DNA of 41,237 nucleotides, taken from positions 1 through 41,237 of the forward strand of contig DASUPQ010000468.1 in assembly GCA_036280995.1 (NCBI GenBank). The letters are read 5' to 3'. This DNA comes from Actinomycetota bacterium (GTDB lineage: Bacteria; Actinomycetota; CALGFH01). Under the pieces are notes generated by a model. It saw nothing but the letters and a program-made list of their open reading frames with translations, searched no databases and had not been told where the DNA came from. Positions 1 to 6,920 of this stretch are shown here, piece by piece (position 1 is the stretch's first letter; every line of letters starts with the position of its first letter). The translations under genes were made by a program, and so were the position numbers.

Positions 1-90
1 GACCCGGCCGCGGTCGGCGCAGCCGTGACCGGGGACGAGGCGCTGGCCGCCGGCCTGCTGCGGGCGGCGGCCACCCTCGGCTGCGACTGA
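1..90 (+). CDS. 3' end of an unidentified CDS that runs off the window's left edge
   Basis: Frame 1 is open from the window edge to TGA at 88-90 (...LRAAATLGCD*) with GC-rich third positions. It is too short to assign a family. Confidence 0.3.
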   Translation, partial: DPAAVGAAVTGDEALAAGLLRAAATLGCD

Positions 91-159
91 ACCGAACCGG
101 CGCCGGCCTTGCCGCGAACGCGATGTAGGGACGTCTCGCGCGCAAGGGGAGCAGGCTCG

Positions 160-530
160 GTGGACGGCCAGCCGCCGCGGTTCGGGGAGTGGGAACGGGA
201 CCTGCGCGCCCGCCTGCTGGACGGGGACGAGCTCGCCCTGGCCGAGGCCTGCGACCAGTTCTCGCCCGTGGTCTACGGCCTCGCCGTCCGGGTCACCGGC
301 GACCCCGCGGCCGCCGAGGACGTCGCCCAGGAGGTGTTCCTCCACCTCTGGGAGCGGCCCTGGGCCTTCGACCCCGACCGGGGACGGCTGCGGGCCTGGC
401 TGGCCACCATGGCCCACCACCGCGCCGTCGACCACCTGCGCCGCGCCGGCGTCCGCGGCCGCGCCGCCACCCGGGCGGCCGCCGAGCTGCCGCCCGCCTC
501 CGGTCGGAGGGCATGGAGGGCGGGTGGTGA
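160..530 (+). pseudogene. ECF (sigma-70 family) sigma factor fragment with only the sigma-2 domain; probable gene remnant
   Basis: GTG at 160 follows AAGGGGAG. The translation ...LLDGDELALAEACDQFSPVVYGLAVRVTGDPAAAEDVAQEVFLHLWERPWAFDPDRGRLRAWLATMAHHRAVDHLRR matches ECF region 2. No region-4 HTH occurs in any forward frame downstream. The frame has no stop until 1156-1158, about 600 nt antisense into metG, and that tail is Gly/Ala/Pro/Arg shadow sequence. Confidence 0.5.
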
Positions 531-549
531 CGCGTCCGGCGCCGCCGGC

Positions 550-2145
550 TCAGCGCCGCAGCGGCGGCGCCGGCGGGCCGGGGACCAGCGGCGGCCGCCC
601 GTCCAGCTCCCAGCGGACGGGGTCGGGAGCGCGGCCGAGCAGCGCCCGGATCCGCCCGGCGGTGGTGGGGACGAACGGCCAGGCGGCCACGCCCAGGGCG
701 TCCAGCAGGGGGAGGAGGCGGGTGAGCTCGCGATGGGCGTCGGGGTCGGGGAGCCGCCAGGGCTCGGTGGCGGCCAGGCGGCGGTTGACCGTGCGGCCGA
801 CGGCGTGGACGGCCTGGAGGGCGCGGCGCAGCTCGGCCCGGTCGATGGCGGCGCCGACCTCGGCCAGGGCGGCGGCGGCCTCGGCCCGCTCGGGGGTGGC
901 GGCGGCCAGGGCGGCCGGGTCGGGCTTGCCACCGAAGCGGCGCCACAGCAGGGTCGCCACCCGGTGGGGCGGGCCGGCGATCGCCCCGAGCAGGCCGCTG
1001 GCGGTCAGCTCGTCGACTTTGTCCCAGGCCAGCTCGACGTCGGCCGTCTCCGGGCCAAGGGCGCACAGGGCGTGGCGCAACGGGTCGAGCCCCACCCGGT
1101 CGATCCCGTCGTCGATCGTGGGGGCATGCCCCCGGCTGGCCGACAGCTTGGCTCCTGACAGGAGGAGATGGTGGTTGGCGACCACCTCGTCGGGCGGGCG
1201 CAGGCCCTGGCCGGCGCCGAGCAGGATGGCCGGCCACCAGACGGTGTGGAACCAGATGTTGTCCTTGCCGACGAAGTAGCGGTGGCGGGACTCGGGCCCC
1301 TGCCACCAGCGCCGCCAGGCGTCGGGGTCGCCGCGCCGGCCGGCCCACTCCACCGAGGCCGACAGGTAGCCGATGACGGCGTCGAACCAGACGTACAGGC
1401 GGCGGTCGCCCCAGCCGGGCAGGGGAACGGGCACGCCCCAGTCCAGGTCGCGGGTGATCGCCCTCGGCCGCAGGCCGGCCGCCAGCCAGCCGCGGGCCTC
1501 GGCGCCAACGAACGGCCGCCAGCTCGCCTCGTGGCCGTCGAGGTAGCGCTCGACCGCCGGCTGGAGCAGGTCCAGGCGGAGGAAGAGCTGGCGCAGGGGC
1601 CGCAGCTCGGCCGGCCCGCCGCAGCGCCGGCAGCGCGGCGCGCCCAGCTCCTCGGGGTCGAGGGTACGGCCGCAGGTGTCGCACTGGTCGCCGCGGGCGC
1701 CGGGGGCGCCACAGCCGGGGCAGGTCCCCTCCACATAGCGGTCGGGCAGGGAGCGGCCCTCGCGGCCGCAGAAGGCGGCCGGCTGGGTCGCCTCGGCGAC
1801 CAGCCCGCGCTCGTGGAGGCGCGCGAACAGCTCCTGGGTGACGGCGTGGTGCCCGCGGGTCGCCGTCCTGGTGTAGTGGTCGAAGGAGATGCCGGCGCGC
1901 GCGAAGGCGGCCGCGATGCGCTCGTGCTCGCGGTTGGCAAGGGCCGCCGGCGACAGCCCGGCCCGCTCGGCCGCGACCGTGATCGGGGTGCCGTGCTGGT
2001 CGGACCCGGAGACCAGCAGGACGCGGTCGCCGGCCAGGCGGTGGTAGCGGGCGGCGACGTCGGCGGGCAGGTAGGCCCCGGCGAGGTGGCCGAGGTGGCG
2101 CGGCCCGGACGCGTACGGCCAGGCGACGCCGATCAGGACGTCCAT
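550..2145 (-). CDS. metG: Methionine--tRNA ligase (MetRS)
   Basis: 531 aa. It has the HIGH-type motif (PRHLGHLAG), a Cys-knuckle segment (CPGCGAPGARGDQCDTCG...PRCRRCG), and a KMSKS-type motif (GAKLSASRGH). Similarity to MetRS is end to end. Confidence 0.95.
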   Translation of the reverse strand: MDVLIGVAWPYASGPRHLGHLAGAYLPADVAARYHRLAGDRVLLVSGSDQHGTPITVAAERAGLSPAALANREHERIAAAFARAGISFDHYTRTATRGHHAVTQELFARLHERGLVAEATQPAAFCGREGRSLPDRYVEGTCPGCGAPGARGDQCDTCGRTLDPEELGAPRCRRCGGPAELRPLRQLFLRLDLLQPAVERYLDGHEASWRPFVGAEARGWLAAGLRPRAITRDLDWGVPVPLPGWGDRRLYVWFDAVIGYLSASVEWAGRRGDPDAWRRWWQGPESRHRYFVGKDNIWFHTVWWPAILLGAGQGLRPPDEVVANHHLLLSGAKLSASRGHAPTIDDGIDRVGLDPLRHALCALGPETADVELAWDKVDELTASGLLGAIAGPPHRVATLLWRRFGGKPDPAALAAATPERAEAAAALAEVGAAIDRAELRRALQAVHAVGRTVNRRLAATEPWRLPDPDAHRELTRLLPLLDALGVAAWPFVPTTAGRIRALLGRAPDPVRWELDGRPPLVPGPPAPPLRR

Positions 2146-2219
2146 CAGTAGGTCCTCTCGCTGGCACCGGCCGACGACAACGGCATGGAGTCGGCCGTCG
2201 GCCGACGATCAATTGGATT

Positions 2220-2242
2220 CCGACCGGCGAATCGCCGGTCGG
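2220..2242 (-). terminator. Hairpin immediately downstream of the marR stop (candidate terminator or attenuator ahead of metG)
   Basis: CCGACCGGCG-aat-CGCCGGTCGG forms a perfect 10-bp stem with a 3-nt loop, 1 nt after the marR stop codon. A less GC-rich tail (aatccaattgat on the minus strand) follows. Confidence 0.45.
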
Positions 2243-2243
2243 G

Positions 2244-2729
2244 TCAGTCGAGCAGGGCTCGGCGCAGGAGGTCGCGCAGCTGGCGCTGCTCGTCGACCGG
2301 GAGCTTGCCCAGGCCCGGTGGTGGCTCGGACAACCGGTCGAGCAGGCGCATTCGCAGGGCGGTGCCCTCCTCGGTGAGCATCAGGGTCTTGACCCGCCGG
2401 TCGCCCGGCGCCGACCCGCGCTCGACCAGGCCCCGGTCGCCCAGCCGGTCGACGATCCCGGTGATGTTCGAGGGATCGCAGTGGAGGCCGTCGGCCAGCT
2501 CCCGCATGGGGATCGGGTGCCCGGGGCGCAGCACCTTGAGGGCGTGCGCCTGGGGGAAGGAGAGACCGAGGTCGGTGACGGTGGCGAGGAACCGCGCCCG
2601 CATCCGCGACATCGACAGCTCGAGCAGCAGCTCCCAGATCTCCCTTGCCACTGGCGAACTCCGAGAGGGTTCCCCAGACCCCTCCGGAGCCACGGGGGAT
2701 GCGTCGACGTCAGTCCTCGCCGTCATCAC
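2244..2729 (-). CDS. MarR family transcriptional regulator
   Basis: 161 aa. The winged-HTH core reads PIPMRELADGLHCDPSNITGIVDRLGDRGLVERGSAPGDRRVKTLMLTEEG. The start is GTG 2729 or ATG 2726. Confidence 0.85.
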   Translation of the reverse strand: MMTARTDVDASPVAPEGSGEPSRSSPVAREIWELLLELSMSRMRARFLATVTDLGLSFPQAHALKVLRPGHPIPMRELADGLHCDPSNITGIVDRLGDRGLVERGSAPGDRRVKTLMLTEEGTALRMRLLDRLSEPPPGLGKLPVDEQRQLRDLLRRALLD

Positions 2730-2741
2730 CCGCTCCGATAC

Positions 2742-2754
2742 TTGAGGCCCTCAA
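2742..2754. promoter_or_regulatory. 13-bp palindrome TTGAGG-c-CCTCAA upstream of marR (candidate MarR auto-operator)
   Basis: Perfect inverted repeat 13 nt upstream of the marR start codon. MarR proteins typically bind short palindromes that overlap their own promoter. Confidence 0.35.
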
Positions 2755-2953
2755 TGGTATGACCAGGATTCCACACGCCGTTGCCGGTGACAAGAACCAC
2801 GGGCCCGGACCAGGACAAATGCCACGCATTCCGGCGAGACGCTCCAGGGCAACCCGCGCGAAATCGTTGCCCCATAAGGAGATCGCCACACCTTCACCAG
2901 TCGCGAGCCGATGATGCCGTTGTGTCGCAACGGATTGACGAGAATCGAGCTTG

Positions 2954-2982
2954 TTGACCTTTGCTATTCCCGTCTTTACGAT
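2954..2982 (+). promoter_or_regulatory. Sigma-70 (HrdB-like) promoter for the HU gene
   Basis: TTGACC (2954-2959), a 17-nt spacer, then TACGAT (2977-2982). It lies about 80 nt upstream of the HU start in a less GC-rich intergenic region. Confidence 0.5.
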
Positions 2983-3059
2983 GCTCGGCCGAAGGGGGAC
3001 GGGCCAATGGGGTCCGGTCCCGACCGGGGGAATTCCCCTTACTGGGCAAGGAGGCGCCC

Positions 3060-3575
3060 TTGAACCGCAAGGAACTCGTCGACTCGATCCAGAAGCACAC
3101 GTCTGTGGCGCGTGCCGATGTCGACAAGGTGCTCGGCAGCCTGATCCAGCACACCCAGGTCGCCGTCAAGAAGGGCGAGCGCGTGGCGCTGGTCGGCTTC
3201 GGGACCTTCGAGCGGCAGGACCGCAAGGCCCGCACCGCCCGCAACCCGCGCAGCGGGGCGCCGGTGAAGGTGAAGGCCACCAAGGTCCCGCGGTTCCGGG
3301 CCGGGCAGGGCTTCAAGGACGTCGTTGCCGGCAAGGCGGCCGCGCCCAAGCTCACCCCGGTGAAGTCCACCGCCAAGGCGACCACCGCCAAGGCCAGCTC
3401 GTCCAGGTCCACCGCGTCGCGGGCCAGCACCGCCAAGGCCTCGACCGCGAAGGCCTCGACGGCCAAGGCCAGCACCAGGGCGGCCGCGTCGCGCACCAGG
3501 GCCGCCAAGAGCTCGGTGAAGAGCACCGCCAAGGCCGGCTCGCGCGGCAAGGCCAAGAGCGGCAGGAAGAAGTAG
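3060..3575 (+). CDS. hup: HU-family nucleoid protein with a long Ala/Lys/Ser/Thr-rich C-terminal tail (HupS/Hlp type)
   Basis: TTG at 3060 lies 6 nt after AAGGAGG. The HU fold reads NRKELVDSIQKHT...VALVGFGTFERQDRKARTARNPRSGAPVKVKATKVPRFRAGQGFKDVV. An approximately 80-aa AKAST/AKS-rich tail follows. Confidence 0.9.
   Translation: MNRKELVDSIQKHTSVARADVDKVLGSLIQHTQVAVKKGERVALVGFGTFERQDRKARTARNPRSGAPVKVKATKVPRFRAGQGFKDVVAGKAAAPKLTPVKSTAKATTAKASSSRSTASRASTAKASTAKASTAKASTRAAASRTRAAKSSVKSTAKAGSRGKAKSGRKK
3423..3476 (+). repeat. In-frame tandem 15-nt repeats encoding (ASTAK)x3-AST within the HU tail
   Basis: The sequence is gccagcaccgccaag / gcctcgaccgcgaag / gcctcgacggccaag / gccagcacc. It lies inside a wider low-complexity tail (about 3336-3572). 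Confidence 0.85.
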
Positions 3576-3590
3576 CACCGCCGACGACGT

Positions 3591-3616
3591 CGAGGCCCCG
3601 CTCCGGCGGGGCCTCG
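3591..3616. terminator. Bidirectional terminator-like hairpin between convergent hup and the OB-fold gene
   Basis: CGAGGCCCCGC-tccg-GCGGGGCCTCG forms a perfect 11-bp stem with a 4-nt loop. It is centred in the 63-nt gap between two convergent stops. Confidence 0.6.
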
Positions 3617-3638
3617 GTCGTTCCCTGGGGAGAGTCGC

Positions 3639-3857
3639 TCAGGCGGGGTCGGGCAGGGTGAGGATGTTGACGTAGGTGACCCGGGCGTCGTCGCCCTCGC
3701 CCTCGACCCGGAACTTGACCCGCTGGCCGAGGGTGAGCTTGCGCAGCCCCGAGCCACGGAACGCCTCCGCGGGCACGTCGTACTCGACGCGGGCGTCGGT
3801 GAGCACGACCGCCGCCTGGGTCTCGGGGTCGAAGCTCTTCACGGTGCCCTGCAGCAT
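3639..3857 (-). CDS. Small cold-shock-domain-like (OB-fold) protein that lacks canonical RNP motifs
   Basis: ATG at 3857 is preceded by GGAGGAGG. The translation is MLQGTVKSFDPETQAAVVLTDARVEYDVPAEAFRGSGLRKLTLGQRVKFRVEGEGDDARV. It has the CspA-like GTVK-F opening and overall length, but no KGFGFI/VFVH motifs. Confidence 0.45.
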   Translation of the reverse strand: MLQGTVKSFDPETQAAVVLTDARVEYDVPAEAFRGSGLRKLTLGQRVKFRVEGEGDDARVTYVNILTLPDPA

Positions 3858-3925
3858 CACGCCTCCTCCGGTCGATCCGGTCGCGCGGGGAGCATATCCC
3901 TGATCCATCGGGGGCTACCGCTTCA

Positions 3926-4549
3926 CTAGGTGAGCCCCCGAACCCCAAGATCCCGGAGCCGGCGGGCGGTCACCGAGGCCGGGTCGAGGCGGCCGGCGAC
4001 CAGGCGGAGGTCGTCGGCGGTGTCGACGTCAAGGGCCAGCCCCGGCTCGTCGACCCGGACGGCCCCGGGCACGGCCAGGTGGCGGGCGGCCGACGCCGGG
4101 CCGAAGCTGGGCGCGAACGACGCCGGGTCGCGCCAGGCGAGCACGTTGGTGCCGCCGCCGTCGTGGCTCGGGACCACCGCCACCGGCGCCGTCGCCGCCG
4201 CCAGCACCCGCTCCAGCCCGGCCGCCGAGGCCAGCGGCAGGTCGGCCGCCACCACCAGCAGCCCCGACCCGTTGGCGGTGGCGGCCGCCGCGGCCAGGGC
4301 GCCGTTCAGGTCGCCGGCCCCCGCCGGCTCCTCGACCACCCGGCAGCCCATGGCATCGGCCCGCCGCCACACCTCACGGTCGGGGGAGACCACCACCGGC
4401 CGCTCCAGCCCCCGGACCGACTGGAGGGCCGCGACCACGTCCTCGAACATGGCGATGGCCAGCAGCCGCCGCTGCAACGGCCCGACCTCGGGCGCGAGGC
4501 GGCCCTTGGCCTCGGCCAGGGCCTTCACGGGAATCAGCGGAACAGGCAT
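3926..4549 (-). CDS. cofC: 2-phospho-L-lactate/phosphoenolpyruvate guanylyltransferase (F420 biosynthesis, CofC/FbiD)
   Basis: 207 aa. The N-terminus reads IPVKALAEAKGRL, followed by ...DLNGALAAA...LLVVAADLPL...PSHDGGGTNVLA, which is typical of CofC. Confidence 0.8.
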   Translation of the reverse strand: MPVPLIPVKALAEAKGRLAPEVGPLQRRLLAIAMFEDVVAALQSVRGLERPVVVSPDREVWRRADAMGCRVVEEPAGAGDLNGALAAAAATANGSGLLVVAADLPLASAAGLERVLAAATAPVAVVPSHDGGGTNVLAWRDPASFAPSFGPASAARHLAVPGAVRVDEPGLALDVDTADDLRLVAGRLDPASVTARRLRDLGVRGLT

Positions 4550-4562
4550 CGCCGGGCAACGG

Positions 4563-4568
4563 TACTAT
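4563..4568 (+). promoter_or_regulatory. -10-like hexamer TACTAT 9 nt upstream of the plsC ATG (near-leaderless transcript candidate)
   Basis: TACTAT sits in the 28-nt cofC/plsC divergent gap. No SD lies between it and ATG 4578. Confidence 0.3.
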
Positions 4569-4577
4569 GCGCCGAGC

Positions 4578-5279
4578 ATGGCCGGCCTCCGGTATCCCGT
4601 CTACACCCTGGCCAAGGTCGTCGTGCCGCCGGTGATCCGCTTCTGGGTCCGGCTCGACTGCCAGGGTCTGCTCAACATCCCCCGCGAAGGCCCGGTGATC
4701 ATCGCCGCCAACCACATCTCCTACTTCGACCCGCTGTGCCTTGGGACCTTCGTCGACACGGCCGGGCGCCAGGTCCGCTTCCTGGCCAAGTCGGAGCTGT
4801 ACCGCAACCCGCTGCTGGGGGCGGTCCTGCGCGGGGCCGGGCAGATCCCGGTGTACCGCGAGACCCGCGACGCCCACCTGGCCCTGACCGACGCCGTGGC
4901 GGCCATGCGGGAGGGGGCGGCGGTGGCCATCTACCCGGAGGGCACCACCACCCGCAACGCCGACTTCTCCCCGATGGCGGCCAAGAACGGGGTCGCGCGC
5001 CTGGCCGCCCTCACCGGGGCGCCGGTCGTGCCGGTCGGCCAGTGGGGCGCCCACCTGCTGTTCACCCGGGGCAGGCTGGGCCCGTTCCGGCGGGGCGTCC
5101 GGGTGGTCGAGAAGGCCGGGCCGCCGATCGACCTCGGCCTCGAGCCCGACGCCTCCCTGGCCGAGATCAACCTGGCCAAGGACAAGGTGATGGAGGCCAT
5201 CACCGGCCTGGTCGCCGAGGCCCGGGAGGGCTGGAGCCCGCCCGCCTGGTACCGGCCCAAGGCGGCCGGCCCGACATGA
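4578..5279 (+). CDS. plsC: 1-acyl-sn-glycerol-3-phosphate acyltransferase family (PlsC-like)
   Basis: It has the HX4D motif (NHISYFD), FLAKSEL, and the YPEGT motif. The upstream part of track ORF 3930..5279 is antisense to cofC and was not counted. Confidence 0.85.
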   Translation: MAGLRYPVYTLAKVVVPPVIRFWVRLDCQGLLNIPREGPVIIAANHISYFDPLCLGTFVDTAGRQVRFLAKSELYRNPLLGAVLRGAGQIPVYRETRDAHLALTDAVAAMREGAAVAIYPEGTTTRNADFSPMAAKNGVARLAALTGAPVVPVGQWGAHLLFTRGRLGPFRRGVRVVEKAGPPIDLGLEPDASLAEINLAKDKVMEAITGLVAEAREGWSPPAWYRPKAAGPT

Positions 5280-5749
5280 CCGAGCGGTTCCAGCCCGGCG
5301 GCGTGACCCACGCGCTGGTCAGCGGGCTGGTCGAGCTGGCCCTGGCCTCGGCCCTGCTGGCCGGCTCGCTGGCGGTGTCGGAGTCGAGCCCGGGGGCGGC
5401 CACCTCCCTGTCGGTGGCCAGCCTGGTCTGGGCCGTCCTGGCCGTCGTCAGCCTGGTCGTGGCCTGGCTGCGGGCGCGGGTGCTGGCCGCCGAGCTGGAC
5501 GACGAGGCGGTGACCCTGCACGGGCTGGGCGGGGCCCGCCGCTACCGCTACGACGAGTTGTCGGCCGTGGAGGTGTCGGGCCGGCGGACCCGGCTGGTGG
5601 CTCGCGACGGCGGGGTCCGGGTGGTCCGCGGGGTCCGCGGCCCCGCCCAGGGCAACCGCTTCCGGGCCCGGGTCCTGGCCCGCGCCAAGGCGGCGGTGGG
5701 AGTTGATAGCCTGCCCGCCGACCAGAGGGAAGGGGACAGCGATGGCTGA
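5276..5749 (+). CDS. Hypothetical membrane protein with two predicted TM helices and a PH-like C-terminal region
   Basis: The ATG overlaps the plsC stop (ATGA). Two hydrophobic helices are present (ALVSGLVELALASALLAGSLAV and VASLVWAVLAVVSLVVAWL). The C-terminal segment DDEAVTLHGLGG.RRYRYDELSAVEV resembles bacterial PH (YdbS/T-like) domains. Confidence 0.5.
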   Translation: MTERFQPGGVTHALVSGLVELALASALLAGSLAVSESSPGAATSLSVASLVWAVLAVVSLVVAWLRARVLAAELDDEAVTLHGLGGARRYRYDELSAVEVSGRRTRLVARDGGVRVVRGVRGPAQGNRFRARVLARAKAAVGVDSLPADQREGDSDG

Positions 5750-6917
5750 CGGCTTCGCCACCCGATCGATCCACGCCGGCCGCCTGCCCCTGCCCGCCGA
5801 GCCGCCGCTGGCCACCCCGATCTGGCAGACCTCGACCTTCGTCTTCGACGACGCCGAGCACTACGCGCACACCCTCCGCCAGCCGCGGGAGGGCTACGTC
5901 TACACCCGCTACGAGAACCCGACCACGGCCGCCCTGGAGGCGACCGTGGCCGACCTGGAGGGCGCGGCCGAGGGCCTGGCCACCGCCTCGGGCATGGGCG
6001 CCATCGCCACCGTGCTGCTGTCGCTGGCCGGGACCGGCGACCACGTGGTCGCCCAGCGCGACCTCTACGGCGGGACCCACTCGCTGCTGGCCCACACCGC
6101 CCCCCGCTTCGGCATCGAGGTCAGCTTCGTCGACGCCGGCGACCCGGGGGCCGTCCGGGCCGCCCTGCGCCCCACCACCCGGGCCATCTACGCCGAGACG
6201 GTCGCCAACCCGACCATGGCCGTGGCCGACCTGCCCGCCCTGGCCGAGGCCGCCGCGCAGGGCGGGCTGCCCCTGGTGGTCGACAACACCGTGGCCACGC
6301 CGTACCTGTGCCGGCCGCTTGAGCACGGGGCGGCCGTGGTCGTCCACTCGGCCACCAAGTACCTGGGCGGCCACAGCGACGTGGTCGGCGGGCTCGCCCT
6401 GTTCGCCGGGCCGGAGCGGCACGACGCCGCCTGGCGGACCATGATCGAGCTCGGCGCCTCGCCCGACCCGTTCGCCGCCTGGCTGACCTTGCGCGGGGTC
6501 AAGACCCTGGCCCTGCGCATGCGCGCCCACGGCGCCAACGCCCGGCTGCTGGCCGAGCTCCTGGACGCCCATCCCAAGGTGACCCGCGTCTACTGGCCCG
6601 GCCTGCCCGGCCACGCCACCGCCGCCCTGGCCGCCAAGCTCCTGGACGGCGACCCGGGGATGCTCAGCTTCGACCTGGCCGGCGGCCGGGACGCCGGCCG
6701 GCGCTTCATCGAGGCGACCCAGGTGGCCAAGCTGGCCGCCTCCCTCGGCTCGGTGGAGACGCTGGTGTCCCATCCGGCGTCCACGACCCACCGCCAGTTC
6801 GCCCCCGACGCCCTGGCCGCGGCCGGCATCGGCGAGGGCATGGTGCGCGTCTCGGTCGGCCTGGAGGACGGGGCCGACCTGGCCGAGGACTTCACCCGAG
6901 CCCTGGAGGTGGCATAG
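5742..6917 (+). CDS. Cys/Met-metabolism PLP-dependent enzyme (cystathionine gamma-synthase / O-acylhomoserine sulfhydrylase / Met gamma-lyase family)
   Basis: The sequence reads ATRSIHAG...YTRYENPT...ASGMGAI...HSATKYLGGHSDVVGG, which includes the PLP-lysine motif. The ATG overlaps the upstream gene by 8 nt. Substrate specificity cannot be decided by eye. Confidence 0.85.
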   Translation: MADGFATRSIHAGRLPLPAEPPLATPIWQTSTFVFDDAEHYAHTLRQPREGYVYTRYENPTTAALEATVADLEGAAEGLATASGMGAIATVLLSLAGTGDHVVAQRDLYGGTHSLLAHTAPRFGIEVSFVDAGDPGAVRAALRPTTRAIYAETVANPTMAVADLPALAEAAAQGGLPLVVDNTVATPYLCRPLEHGAAVVVHSATKYLGGHSDVVGGLALFAGPERHDAAWRTMIELGASPDPFAAWLTLRGVKTLALRMRAHGANARLLAELLDAHPKVTRVYWPGLPGHATAALAAKLLDGDPGMLSFDLAGGRDAGRRFIEATQVAKLAASLGSVETLVSHPASTTHRQFAPDALAAAGIGEGMVRVSVGLEDGADLAEDFTRALEVA

Positions 6918-6920
6918 CCA

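Noticed and set aside
293-2212. 639-aa minus-strand ORF overlapping metG in another frame
   Set aside because: The translation is Arg/Pro-rich junk. The in-frame metG ORF (550..2145) carries all the MetRS motifs.
2146-2243. Possible T-box or SAM riboswitch leader for metG
   Set aside because: The gap is only 98 nt. It contains two simple hairpins, but no specifier-loop/T-box sequence and no SAM-I or SAM-IV conserved cores that I can recognise.
3336-3572. Tandem repeats considered as a possible CRISPR or non-coding repeat array
   Set aside because: The repeats are 15-nt, in-frame, contiguous (no spacers), and encode the HU low-complexity tail.
3930-4577. N-terminal 216 aa of the plsC track ORF
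   Set aside because: It is antisense to cofC and its composition is non-protein-like. The acyltransferase begins at ATG 4578.
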